From Escherichia phage KEP1: a DNA stretch of 64,000 nucleotides. Location: the sequence record PP047755; one strand, given 5' to 3'. The first letter of the stretch is position 1. Every line of letters starts with the position of its first letter. Positions 10,399 to 19,970 of this stretch are shown in pieces. A model generated the notes under the pieces. That model was given only the letters and a program-made list of their open reading frames with translations, did no database searches and had not been told where the DNA came from. The position numbers and the translations under genes were made by a program.

Positions 10399-10444
10399 TT
10401 TTGAATCCTACAGATGAAAAGAGCCTCCGAAGAGGCTCCCTAGT

Positions 10445-10819
10445 TTAAATCTTGAAAATTTGCTCATTCTGCCACATATCGTAAAACTTATCACTTACTT
10501 TTGTGACTGAAGAAGTGTGCATACAATTCAGGGAGAACCATGATGATGTATTATCATCCATAAGTGTTTCAAGTTTTTGTGTAACGTTCACATCCATGTC
10601 TGCAACAACGTAATTACCTCGCATCTTGCAAACAATTCTTCCAAACAAGATTGCACTTCTCCCTCTTCGGTCATCACAGTACATAACTGTATCTCCGTGC
10701 TTAACGTCTTGTCCGATACTGTCAACACCTAACTTAGCACCTGAGATAATGTCATCATAAGATAACTTTTTTTGCTTTAGACACGGTATTTCTCCAAGTT
10801 TCTTTTTAGATATAACCAA
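10445..10819 (-). CDS. hypothetical protein
   Basis: 124-aa ORF. Confidence 0.5.
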   Translation of the reverse strand: MVISKKKLGEIPCLKQKKLSYDDIISGAKLGVDSIGQDVKHGDTVMYCDDRRGRSAILFGRIVCKMRGNYVVADMDVNVTQKLETLMDDNTSSWFSLNCMHTSSVTKVSDKFYDMWQNEQIFKI

Positions 10820-11109
10820 CCATAGTCTGTTCTTTCTACACCCATGAAGAGTGGAGCCATCACAACTTTACCAAAAGTATTTCTGTGTTGGCAGATTTCA
10901 AAGGAATACTCTTTTTCAATATCAATCCCATATTTGTACAGGACTGCTTTTAAAACTTGTTCATTATCCAGAAGTGTATCTGGAGTCTCACCATACTTCT
11001 CAAGTAACGGGTCATACATAAACACCGTCATAGAAATATTATAGTTTGAGAAGTGGCTCTTCTGAGCCACACCTTCTTTATTAATGTTCTGTGAATCCAT
11101 TATAACCAA
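10777..11109 (-). CDS. hypothetical protein
   Basis: 110-aa ORF. Confidence 0.45.
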   Translation of the reverse strand: MVIMDSQNINKEGVAQKSHFSNYNISMTVFMYDPLLEKYGETPDTLLDNEQVLKAVLYKYGIDIEKEYSFEICQHRNTFGKVVMAPLFMGVERTDYGWLYLKRNLEKYRV

Positions 11110-11836
11110 CCCCTTTTAACCAGCACTTCAGGTTATTAGCATCATAATTCAGTTTCGGGTATGAGGTTACATGGAACTGCTCACCATCATAGTAGACAAT
11201 ATCTGCAATCCATAGTCCATTCTCTTTACAGAAATCTTTATCTGCTTTAGAGGTAATTGGATTAACTTCTACAAAACCATCTACACCCAAATCCTTTAAG
11301 CTACCTACAATACCTTTGCAGATAACGCATGTCTCAGATACTACCACAAAAAGTTCTTGGCTTTCAAGCTCTACAATGTATTCACCAAGCTGTACTTTAG
11401 GGAGATTTGATTGCTTCATAATCTTCCCATCTGCTGCACGGACAATCGCATACCACTCTTTACCATCAACTACTGACATTCTGATGATACACTCTTGACC
11501 AGTACGCTTCTCAATATCTGCAAGACGTTTTAAAGCTTCTTCATAGTCATCTGTGTACTTCAGGTCATTATTATGACAAACAGCTTCCATAGCACCGTTA
11601 TGGTCATGTTGTGACAGATAAATCAGACCATCAAGAACATATTGCAAATCTGCCTGAGCATCCAGTGTCTCAATGGGGTCTTTCTCTTCAATTGCTTTTA
11701 CAAGCTCTTTTGCTTCTTCAAGCATACACAGAGACTGGGATTTTAAAGATTCCCAATACTCATCACTGTAAGGTTGCTTTTGGGTGTTTCCACAACGAAG
11801 ATTCCAGTTTTTTACTGCTTCTCTTGAGTTAAACAT
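11081..11836 (-). CDS. MazG-like nucleotide pyrophosphohydrolase domain fused to a C-terminal domain of unknown function
   Basis: 251 aa; N-terminal EEAKELVKAIEEKDPIETLDAQADLQYVLDGL resembles the all-alpha MazG/NTP-PPase core motif. Confidence 0.5.
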   Translation of the reverse strand: MFNSREAVKNWNLRCGNTQKQPYSDEYWESLKSQSLCMLEEAKELVKAIEEKDPIETLDAQADLQYVLDGLIYLSQHDHNGAMEAVCHNNDLKYTDDYEEALKRLADIEKRTGQECIIRMSVVDGKEWYAIVRAADGKIMKQSNLPKVQLGEYIVELESQELFVVVSETCVICKGIVGSLKDLGVDGFVEVNPITSKADKDFCKENGLWIADIVYYDGEQFHVTSYPKLNYDANNLKCWLKGVGYNGFTEH

Positions 11837-12074
11837 TCGGACTCCTTAAAAATCTGTTAACTTTTAGCTCTCGTGTTTCAATATATTCCAGATGCTCACG
11901 TAACTCTTGACGTTTAAGCATTAGGTGCTGCATTTGAGATTCAACAGCTTCAACTTCTTTAATTATTGACTCTCTGGCATTTGCAAGAGTGCGCTCAAGT
12001 TCTTCAATCTTGCTGTCAACCTTTGCTACATGACTCACAGCTTTACTTTTGTTAAACATTTTATTCTCTCTCAA
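11829..12074 (-). CDS. hypothetical coiled-coil protein
   Basis: 81 aa, heptad-like charged sequence. Confidence 0.4.
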   Translation of the reverse strand: MRENKMFNKSKAVSHVAKVDSKIEELERTLANARESIIKEVEAVESQMQHLMLKRQELREHLEYIETRELKVNRFLRSPNV

Positions 12075-12080
12075 TAGTTA

Positions 12081-12581
12081 TCAAGCACAATTTGCTTTCA
12101 TTACCTTATGGATTCTTTTTTCAGCATCTTCATAAGTTTCTTTAGTAATAAACTTAATTGCTGCAATATTGGCATTGTAGAAGAGTCTGAGCTTAGAGTC
12201 AATCCTTTTTGTCATTACATCGAATTTATGTTGGAGGTTTGCTTCACCATAAACTAGGCCACCTTTCGTGTAGTAGGTTTGGATAATGTAAAAGTCAAAA
12301 AATTCTTTTCCAAAGCTCTCAATATCTTTTTTAACATACTCAGAAGAAGTCTCATAAGTCATCCAATCACTCTCCTTAGTGACTACCTTCTTCCGAGTCT
12401 TACCAGCAACTTTTCTTTTAGTCACACTATTAAGCTGTTTCTTACCCAAATAGTACTGTCCAGTCTTTTTGCAGTACACTAGGTAGACAAAACCAAAGTG
12501 CTTTGCTGGGTCAACTTCACCACATAGTGAAATCCAATGTCCATAAGTTGGACAACTCCCAAAACCTTTAACTTTAATCAT
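12081..12581 (-). CDS. hypothetical protein (weak GIY-YIG-like motif)
   Basis: 166 aa; FVYLVYCKKTGQYYLGKK loosely resembles GIY...YIG; not convincing. Confidence 0.4.
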   Translation of the reverse strand: MIKVKGFGSCPTYGHWISLCGEVDPAKHFGFVYLVYCKKTGQYYLGKKQLNSVTKRKVAGKTRKKVVTKESDWMTYETSSEYVKKDIESFGKEFFDFYIIQTYYTKGGLVYGEANLQHKFDVMTKRIDSKLRLFYNANIAAIKFITKETYEDAEKRIHKVMKANCA

Positions 12582-13102
12582 TCATAAGCTTCTCCGTGAT
12601 TTGTAAACTCTTTATGGAGTTCTTCTCTTTTCTTTTTGACAACTAATTCAGCCTCAGCGATAGAGTCAAATAAACCTAGATGATAGCAAACTTTATTATG
12701 CTTGACTTGTGCAGCCCATCTACCTCTTTGCTTATGGTAATATACACCCTTCACACCAGATTTATTATCTCTTCTTTTGGCTGCATTACAGTTATTGTCT
12801 GACCTACTACACTCTCTCAAATTGTCGAACCAGTTGTCGTGCCTGATACCATTCTTATGGTCAACAAATTTTGGTAGGTATCCTTTCATATACAAGAATG
12901 CCAGTCTGTGTGCTGCATATCTTTTCCCGAAGAGTTTTATGTAGATATAACCACTATGATGTTTAAGACCCGCTACTGAGCCAGCTTTGGCCTTACCTTT
13001 TCTATTAACTAACCAAGTAAAGACCCCTGTTTCGGGGTCATAGTGCAGGTATTCTTTAAGAGTTTGTTGGGTTAACATTTGGTGTCCATCCATACTTATC
13101 AA
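12578..13102 (-). CDS. HNH-type homing endonuclease with AP2-like DNA-binding domain
   Basis: 174 aa; paralogue of the CDS at 22942-23475 (shared HYDPETGVFTWL, HRLAFLY, KNGIRHDN, SGVKGVYY motifs). Confidence 0.75.
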   Translation of the reverse strand: MISMDGHQMLTQQTLKEYLHYDPETGVFTWLVNRKGKAKAGSVAGLKHHSGYIYIKLFGKRYAAHRLAFLYMKGYLPKFVDHKNGIRHDNWFDNLRECSRSDNNCNAAKRRDNKSGVKGVYYHKQRGRWAAQVKHNKVCYHLGLFDSIAEAELVVKKKREELHKEFTNHGEAYE

Positions 13103-14102
13103 AAGTGAAATCGTCTTTCTTATTTCTTTCCTGATAAGCTAAGAAAAAGTGTTGCTGCATTAACTCTAAAGGTGTTCTGGTAATTGTTTGACCATCCCAC
13201 GAGACATAAGTGTATGACTCTTTCTTAGCATAAAGCTCATAAATTGCATCAAGACACTCTTTGTAAGTGGTTTTACCTTCAAGGGCTTTCATTATAGTAA
13301 CCTTACCAACACCCTTTAAACCGAAATAATTATCCGCATTATCACCAGCCACGGCTTGATAGCAAAGAAATTTAAAACCTACCCCAACTGTCTTCTTAGC
13401 TTTGGGTGTCGATTTTATTGGGCAATCCCAAATTTCACCAACGTTGTTATCAGCAATGAAAATCAAAGGTGACTTTTCATAGGTCATATCAATGCAGTAA
13501 GTCCCTTCAGCTTGGCGAAGGTCTTTATCAATACTCATCAAGGCGGCCTTTTTACCCATCTTTTCAGCTTTAGCAATAACGATAGAGTCGGCTTCAAATC
13601 CATCAAGAATTAGTTTGAACTCTGGTCTTGACAGAAGATATTCACGGCAAGCAACTAAGTGTGTTGGTGTGACAGCATCTTTACGGTTACCTTGATATTG
13701 GTGCTCAAGACCTTTAATGTCTTTATGTTTGTGTACACCTTTCTCTGTTAAGTAACCTACCCAAGTTCTTTCTTTACCAACAACCTTAAGCCATTCCTGA
13801 AGAACCTGTTGAGTAGCCATGATAGCTTCTTTTTCACTCTTAGCTTCTTTCCAAGTCTGTCTTTCCCATTCATCTTCATCAAATGCTAGGCCAAGCTCTT
13901 CTACAAGGATTCTCTGGTCTGCTAACCATCTTGCGGCATCTTTTGCATTATCAAATGGTTCAGATTCTTCTGCTGTGAGTTTATTGACATATTTATATTT
14001 TGCTTTCTCAACTACACAAGCACCTTTATAGGCAATACTATCAGAGTCAATAAAGACATGTGTAACTGAATCGGGAAGTTTTGTTAGTGTATACTTCTCC
14101 AT
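13056..14102 (-). CDS. 5'-3' exonuclease (T7 gene 6-like, FEN family)
   Basis: 348 aa; motifs HVFIDSDSIAY, SIDKDL, GDNADNYFGLKGVGKVT parallel T7 gp6 from memory. Confidence 0.65.
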   Translation of the reverse strand: MEKYTLTKLPDSVTHVFIDSDSIAYKGACVVEKAKYKYVNKLTAEESEPFDNAKDAARWLADQRILVEELGLAFDEDEWERQTWKEAKSEKEAIMATQQVLQEWLKVVGKERTWVGYLTEKGVHKHKDIKGLEHQYQGNRKDAVTPTHLVACREYLLSRPEFKLILDGFEADSIVIAKAEKMGKKAALMSIDKDLRQAEGTYCIDMTYEKSPLIFIADNNVGEIWDCPIKSTPKAKKTVGVGFKFLCYQAVAGDNADNYFGLKGVGKVTIMKALEGKTTYKECLDAIYELYAKKESYTYVSWDGQTITRTPLELMQQHFFLAYQERNKKDDFTFDKYGWTPNVNPTNS

Positions 14103-14120
14103 TGTGGCTCTCCATATGAA

Positions 14121-14147
14121 AAAGCCCCATACTAAGTACAGGGCTTT
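14121..14147 (-). terminator. Rho-independent terminator-like hairpin
   Basis: Stem AAAGCCC/GGGCTTT with 13-nt loop; U-run on the minus-strand transcript; sits just after the SSB gene. Confidence 0.5.
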
Positions 14148-14164
14148 AAAGTAACTTTTAGAGA

Positions 14165-15022
14165 TTAATCTTCTGTATCGAAGTCTTCATCTTCTTCGTC
14201 ATCTGGGTCTGGCAAGTCTTCATCGTCACCATCATCAGAATCATTAGAAGGTTTGTGGTCTTTTGCGTCTTCTTCAGTGATTTCACCGTTATCTTCAACA
14301 CCATCAAGACCAAGCATAGCCAGTTCGTCTTCATCCAGTTCAGGTTCACCGTTAGCACCGTTACCACCATTGTAAGGTACAAGAGTATCAATGATAAACT
14401 GCTCCTGAATAGGTTTTGTCAGAACATTGTTCTCAAAAGTGTAGAAGTGAGTAGAAAGAATCACACTACCAAAAGAACCGTTACCAACTGCAATGTCTGG
14501 ATGAATTACATCATAGTTCTTGTCATCTTCGTGTTTGTCAGATGCTTGAGCTTTGATTTTCTTCATCGGCTGTTTAACAGCTACACGCTTACCATTTACT
14601 TCTTCAATCAGCATTACAGGGAATGACTGTTTAGCTGTCCACACAGCACCATCTTTATAAGCTGCTGCACGACTTACTTTCAAGATGTGGTAAGTGTCTG
14701 CTTCAAATGGTGGTTTGCAACCAAACTTCTCTTCGAAGTCATCTGCATCAACTGCTTCAGTAGTAACTTTATCCCAACCTTCTGGGTTTTTCTTAGACTT
14801 AGTAAACTCTTTAAACAGTTTGTTACCATCTTCTGCCAGAATTGAAACACTATAGTTGCAGTCTTTTCCTGGGAATTTCTTATCAATGGACTTGCCTTTT
14901 CCCGGACGTGGTGAAGTGTTCAGGTAATAAAACCAGACATCTTTCAGCAGGTAACGCAGAGTTTGACGTTCAGTACCGTTGTACTTCTCTACCGGAGCTT
15001 TCATTTTAACAACTTTAGACAT
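14165..15022 (-). CDS. Single-stranded DNA-binding protein (T7 gp2.5-like) with acidic C-terminal tail
   Basis: 285 aa; C-terminus DDGDDEDLPDPDDEEDEDFDTED (acidic tail with Phe near the end, as in gp2.5-type SSBs); sits among replisome genes. Confidence 0.6.
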   Translation of the reverse strand: MSKVVKMKAPVEKYNGTERQTLRYLLKDVWFYYLNTSPRPGKGKSIDKKFPGKDCNYSVSILAEDGNKLFKEFTKSKKNPEGWDKVTTEAVDADDFEEKFGCKPPFEADTYHILKVSRAAAYKDGAVWTAKQSFPVMLIEEVNGKRVAVKQPMKKIKAQASDKHEDDKNYDVIHPDIAVGNGSFGSVILSTHFYTFENNVLTKPIQEQFIIDTLVPYNGGNGANGEPELDEDELAMLGLDGVEDNGEITEEDAKDHKPSNDSDDGDDEDLPDPDDEEDEDFDTED

Positions 15023-15094
15023 TATTTAAACCTCTATCTCAATTTATGAAGAGTACCAATTCTAATTTGTTGATACTCTATTGTCAAACATTAA

Positions 15095-15243
15095 TTACTG
15101 GAAGTTGTGCTTATCTTTAGAAGCTGCTTTACGTGCAGTTTTTCCAGTTCTTACACGTTTTTCTTCATAGTATTTTGCTGGTTTTCCAGCAGTGGCTTTT
15201 AAGGAATCCCCAAAAACTTTTTCAAATGCTTTAGAGTGTTTCA
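15095..15243 (-). CDS. possible small basic protein (49 aa), not in ORF track
   Basis: Manual translation MKHSKAFEKVFGDSLKATAGKPAKYYEEKRVRTGKTARKAASKDKHNFQ; fills the gap between neighbouring genes. Confidence 0.3.
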
Positions 15244-15534
15244 TGATATTCTCCGATATACTTGATATTCAAACACATTTTCTTTCATTATAAACAGCCA
15301 ACCAATATTATGCTGAGGCAGTGTAATGATGACTGTAATCATACTTTGATGGAACTGTTGTTCTATTTCAACTTCTCCATCGCATTTCATGTGGAGCATT
15401 CTATAGAACCTATCAATCTTTGTCAAACACTCTTCATGAAATTTATTTAAACTTTTTTCTTCAAAGAAGGGTGTGAACCCCTCTCTTTTATAGCTATCAC
15501 TCAGTTTCGAACGGGCAGTCATCTGCATCCTCAC
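15241..15534 (-). CDS. hypothetical protein
   Basis: 97-aa ORF. Confidence 0.45.
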   Translation of the reverse strand: MRMQMTARSKLSDSYKREGFTPFFEEKSLNKFHEECLTKIDRFYRMLHMKCDGEVEIEQQFHQSMITVIITLPQHNIGWLFIMKENVFEYQVYRRIS

Positions 15535-17488
15535 TTAATACAGGTGGAATCGTTGAGCTTTGACGCTGCTCTTCAGTATAGACTTCACCAGTCTCACGGT
15601 CAAACACTTCATCCTCATAATGTGGCAAAGAGTCATCGTAATGGTCTTCAGCTTCACCAATACCAAACTGTTGGCGAATATTTTCTGCTGCACCATCAAT
15701 GTCAACACCACATCCAGAAGCTTTGATGAGACGTCCTGTGTCTGGATTGTACCAAGTGTGTCCAGCAATACCTGTTGATTTACCATGACGACGACACTTA
15801 GTTAACTTGATTTTTGTCAAGTTTTTCTTAACAGGGTCTGGGTCAACCTTGTTACGCATTAACAGAATGTTGTTCATAGAAATCTGGAAGTATGCACCAG
15901 AACCCTTAATATCCTCTTCAGAGATATCTCCACCTTCAGAGTTAGCTTTCTGACCACCTGCACTCTTACGAACGTGACATACGTTTACCTGTGCATACTG
16001 GTAGCGTTTGCAACGACGCAATAGCTCAGACAAGACTTCCTCTTCATCCGTATCAGAACGTGACAGAGCCAACGTAATAGGGTCAAGAATGATAATCTTG
16101 CAATCTAAGCTGTTAACAAGATAGTCAACAAACTCCAGCAAATTATCTTGGTCAATTGCCCCTTGATGGTCAACGATATGGATACGACGACCTTTAGATA
16201 GTTCTGCGTGTGCTCCCTTTAGTTCATCCCAATCCCGTTCATCATAAGGAATCTCAGAAATCTGTTTGCTCAGGTGAATTGCACAGAGCATCTCCATCAA
16301 CTCTTCATAGGTATCTTCTACAGGAATTACACCGATATTATAATCAGTTTCTTTCCAAGCTGAATAAATCATCTCACGAGTGTAAGCTGACTTACCTACT
16401 GAAGATGGTGCTGCAATAGTTGTAATCTCACCTAAACCGTAACCACCATAAGTCAGTCTGTTCAAATCCCCGAAAGATTCTGGGAAAGGAATCAATGGAA
16501 TCTGACCACGGTTCTTCATTGCCTCAAAACCATCTGCAAAGTTCTTGATACCAGCAGGGCAATAACGAGGTGCGTTGTAGATACGCTGCTTAAATCCTTC
16601 CAGAACTGTGTCTTTCTCTTTATAGAACTTTGTCCACCATTCGTTAAGGTCTTTTACACCCTCTGGATACTGGAATAAACGAACTTTCTCAATAGGTAAG
16701 ATACCAGCAGCCTCTTTGGTAGCTTTAGCACCTGCTTCATCGTTATCAAAGCACAAGTAAATTTCATCAAATGATGTGATGTACTGATAGTTATCTTTGA
16801 TAGACTTGATGTTTGCACCTGACGGAACAGATACATGACAGTAATTCTTACGACGAGATTTGTCCTTAATCGCAAGAGAAGTCATATAGATTGCTGTCGC
16901 ACATTCCATCTCACCTTCCCAGATGAATAAACGGTTACCACCTTCTGGAGCAATCCATGAACCGAACATTGCCAGTTCACCTTTAATATCTCCAACACCA
17001 CCTGAAAAGTCTTTTAGCTTACCACGTAGGTGTTCTTTTGGATGGTCTTCTGGGTAACGGTGACGGACACGGTAGCCAACATGTTCTAACTTGCCATCTT
17101 CATTACGTTTGTAAGTTGGATAGAAATGTGCATCAATTTCACCATCACTATCAATGTCAACCTTGATACCTAAACGTTCAAGGACTTTTGCAGGAATCTT
17201 CCTGTCTTTCAAGTCCATTGCTTCTAGGTTTTCTTTTACATCATCTAAATCCATTCCACGGAAAGTACGGTTTTTATTATCTGAACCAGTAGAATAAGTG
17301 CTCACGATTTGTCCTTTATCAAAATCCCACTCTGGGAAACCTTTGTTACAACTAAAGCAAGTCATCGAATAAGAATCATCGTCATGATGGTAGATTGAAC
17401 CAGCATCTGATGAACCACAACGTGGACATGCACAATGACCAATAAACTGACCAGCTTCTTTTAATTTACGACCTTTAGACATTAGCAC
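15497..17488 (-). CDS. Bifunctional DNA primase/helicase (T7 gp4-like)
   Basis: 663 aa; N-terminal zinc ribbon (CACPRCG...CFSCNKG), central TOPRIM-like region, C-terminal DnaB-family helicase with Walker A (AAPSSVGKSAY). Confidence 0.85.
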   Translation of the reverse strand: MLMSKGRKLKEAGQFIGHCACPRCGSSDAGSIYHHDDDSYSMTCFSCNKGFPEWDFDKGQIVSTYSTGSDNKNRTFRGMDLDDVKENLEAMDLKDRKIPAKVLERLGIKVDIDSDGEIDAHFYPTYKRNEDGKLEHVGYRVRHRYPEDHPKEHLRGKLKDFSGGVGDIKGELAMFGSWIAPEGGNRLFIWEGEMECATAIYMTSLAIKDKSRRKNYCHVSVPSGANIKSIKDNYQYITSFDEIYLCFDNDEAGAKATKEAAGILPIEKVRLFQYPEGVKDLNEWWTKFYKEKDTVLEGFKQRIYNAPRYCPAGIKNFADGFEAMKNRGQIPLIPFPESFGDLNRLTYGGYGLGEITTIAAPSSVGKSAYTREMIYSAWKETDYNIGVIPVEDTYEELMEMLCAIHLSKQISEIPYDERDWDELKGAHAELSKGRRIHIVDHQGAIDQDNLLEFVDYLVNSLDCKIIILDPITLALSRSDTDEEEVLSELLRRCKRYQYAQVNVCHVRKSAGGQKANSEGGDISEEDIKGSGAYFQISMNNILLMRNKVDPDPVKKNLTKIKLTKCRRHGKSTGIAGHTWYNPDTGRLIKASGCGVDIDGAAENIRQQFGIGEAEDHYDDSLPHYEDEVFDRETGEVYTEEQRQSSTIPPVLSEDADDCPFETE

Positions 17489-17675
17489 CTCTTCGTTGCA
17501 GTTCTGCCTTCAATCCGTTTTCAATCTTGTCCAGTTCATGAATTTCATCTGCAATCTCTTTCCTTCGTGATTCAACTCTCTTAAGACGTTCAATCATTAC
17601 CTCATTGGAAAGAGATGAGAGTTCCACTAAACGATGGTCAATAACTTTGAAATTATCTTTTACTCTCATCTTCAT
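17475..17675 (-). CDS. hypothetical coiled-coil protein
   Basis: 66-aa ORF. Confidence 0.4.
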   Translation of the reverse strand: MKMRVKDNFKVIDHRLVELSSLSNEVMIERLKRVESRRKEIADEIHELDKIENGLKAELQRRGANV

Positions 17676-17683
17676 TCTCTCTT

Positions 17684-18427
17684 TTAAATTTTCAGGATAG
17701 CTCTTAGCTTGCTTTCAAGGTCTTCAAGAGTACCATTATTATGGATAATGTCACGCGCATATTTGGTAGAAATTCCATTTTCTGAAACATGTGATGAAAC
17801 CTTGTCCACATTGTCTCTTTTTACTTCAATAATTTGGTGTGCAAATCTGCTCAGCCACTCAGCTTCAGAGTCAAATCTTAAGTCACTGATTAAAACAACA
17901 CCTTCTTGATTCCTAAGTGAGCAAACATCAAAGAAATTTACCATTCGTTTTTCTAGGTCTTTAGCCCAGAACTTGTCACCCATAACTTTACGGATAACTT
18001 CAGTACCCCAAATCTGTTGAATTTGCCTTGATGAGAATTTATACTTTTTACTAAACCCCAGACGTGTCAATAGAGTTGGCTTAGCAACCCTCTTAAGTTC
18101 CATGATTAATCGTCCGGTTAACTCAGACATAAGCTTAAAGTCCATATGGTAACGTTCATCTCTGAAGGTGAACTCCATAGCTTCCGTAACTTTACTCATA
18201 AGTTCAGGGTATGATAAATCAAAAACCTGTGGAGTCTCTTTAGTTTCTCCGTAAAGGTCATTCCATGTCAAGTCAAATATCTTTGATGCAGATAGCTTAA
18301 GGTTGTCGGCATAGGCCATTACTGCAACATTGTAGCCATACTCATCCTCTAAGATGTTCTTCACAATAGAACATGAGGTGTCTTTTCCAGAACGTGCCTT
18401 TCCAGTAAATGCAATAATATTACTCAT
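17684..18427 (-). CDS. Deoxynucleoside monophosphate kinase (T4 gp1-like)
   Basis: 247 aa; P-loop FTGKARSGKDT and C-terminal TLEDLESKLRAILKI closely parallel T4 dNMP kinase from memory. Confidence 0.75.
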   Translation of the reverse strand: MSNIIAFTGKARSGKDTSCSIVKNILEDEYGYNVAVMAYADNLKLSASKIFDLTWNDLYGETKETPQVFDLSYPELMSKVTEAMEFTFRDERYHMDFKLMSELTGRLIMELKRVAKPTLLTRLGFSKKYKFSSRQIQQIWGTEVIRKVMGDKFWAKDLEKRMVNFFDVCSLRNQEGVVLISDLRFDSEAEWLSRFAHQIIEVKRDNVDKVSSHVSENGISTKYARDIIHNNGTLEDLESKLRAILKI

Positions 18428-18488
18428 TTTATCTCCCTTAATTACTAAAAAGCCCCCAACTAAGGAGGCTTGTAAGATTTATAAAGAC

Positions 18489-19289
18489 TTAGTGCAGTTG
18501 GTCAGCATACTCTTTTTCAGCCATAGCTGAGACTTGCTTCACAAAATCGTCACCAAAGTTAATACGAAGCTTCTCTTCAATGATTGAAGCGCCAATGTTT
18601 ACCAAAACATCATTGATTGCTTGCATACTGACACCACCGGTCATCTCCTCAACGAACTCAATGGTTACACCCAACATCTGAGAAAGTTGGATTAGTGCAA
18701 CGATATTCATCATTGTAGAGATAGCAGGAATCATCAGAGCAACCTTAACCTGTAGTGGTTCTACATCAGCTACAGAATCATCTTTCACAGCTTCTGCTAA
18801 AGAGTCTTTAGTTTGCTGGATAATCTCTTTGATTCGTGGGTTTAACTCTTCTACACCCCAATCAAGTTTTTCATATCGTGACAGCTTCTCTTCCATTCGC
18901 TTCTCAAGAGCAGCCATAACAGCACTCGTTGACGAAATTAACAGGTCAACTAGCTCATCATAACCTAAGAGCAGTAGCGAGTCTTTTTCTTCAGAGGTCA
19001 TGGCAATATAGTCATTTTTCTGCATCTCATAGAAAATGAACTCTGCAAGAGCATCAACACCTACAACAATAGATGCTAAGGCAAGCTTTTTGTCACACAG
19101 CATCATATTAACCTGTTCTGCAAAAGCACCGTTATCAGACTTGTCTTTAGGCAAGTTATAGCTTGCAGGCATAAACTGTTCTGTGTAGTTGTTACCACGA
19201 AGAATCATAGCCATGCTTTCTACGGCATTGATTAAGAATGCTTCGTCAATACCTTTTTCTTTAAGCATCTGGTCTACAGTAGTGTTCAT
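18489..19289 (-). CDS. hypothetical protein
   Basis: 266-aa ORF. Confidence 0.55.
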   Translation of the reverse strand: MNTTVDQMLKEKGIDEAFLINAVESMAMILRGNNYTEQFMPASYNLPKDKSDNGAFAEQVNMMLCDKKLALASIVVGVDALAEFIFYEMQKNDYIAMTSEEKDSLLLLGYDELVDLLISSTSAVMAALEKRMEEKLSRYEKLDWGVEELNPRIKEIIQQTKDSLAEAVKDDSVADVEPLQVKVALMIPAISTMMNIVALIQLSQMLGVTIEFVEEMTGGVSMQAINDVLVNIGASIIEEKLRINFGDDFVKQVSAMAEKEYADQLH

Positions 19290-19290
19290 A

Positions 19291-19713
19291 TTATTTCTCT
19301 CTCAGTTGGTTAAGTTTCTTTCTAGAACATTTTAAGTTTTCTGATGAAGAAAAGTCAAGTGTCTTTTCAGAACGTGGATAGTAATGCCTATCCCAAGAAG
19401 TTTCAACATCGTTAATCAGTGACGCTAGATTACACAGGTCTGTACCACTTTGCAACCTCTTTTTAAGAGAATCTAGTAAAGCAACTGTGTCTTTGGCTTT
19501 ACGTCTAGCTGTAGCAACATCTTTCATATGCTCAAATACAGAGCATTTTAAGTCATCTTCATAGTTTTCAGACAACTCTATTTCATGTTGTATATCAACC
19601 ATTCTCCTGTGATGGTGAGCATATTCCCGTTGAGCAGCAATGTCAAGTTCTTCCAACTTCTGCAAAGCTCTAACAAAGTCAGCTATGTCTGGGTGAACAA
19701 ACATTTTCTGCAT
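19291..19713 (-). CDS. hypothetical protein
   Basis: 140-aa ORF; first gene of the minus-strand block after the divergent region. Confidence 0.5.
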   Translation of the reverse strand: MQKMFVHPDIADFVRALQKLEELDIAAQREYAHHHRRMVDIQHEIELSENYEDDLKCSVFEHMKDVATARRKAKDTVALLDSLKKRLQSGTDLCNLASLINDVETSWDRHYYPRSEKTLDFSSSENLKCSRKKLNQLREK

Positions 19714-19970
19714 GTAAGCCTCTTTTAAGTAACTATTAAGTTTTAATCTTTTATCTTAACGTATTCTATACGTTATACTTTAAAGCTTTTTAAAAGCTAT
19801 TAAATAATCTTTTAAGAGTTTTAAAGTATCTGTATAGTTAAACTGTTAAGTAACCTTTTAAGTAAAAACCCACTTCGCAAAGATTAACACCTTGTCAAGT
19901 GCATTGTCAACTTGCTTTTTATAATTTTTTGCAGTAATGTATGTGGTTAATGATTTTAGAGGGAGTAAAA

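Noticed and set aside
12081-12581. GIY-YIG homing endonuclease assignment
   Set aside because: Only one loose GIY...YIG-like stretch is present and the downstream catalytic Arg/Glu/Asn pattern cannot be confirmed by eye; kept as hypothetical.
19891-19926. Canonical sigma70 promoter using TTGTCA and the downstream TATAAT
   Set aside because: The spacers between either TTGTCA copy and TATAAT are about 10 or 22 nt, outside the functional 16-18 nt range, so the motif is reported as a conserved element rather than a standard promoter.
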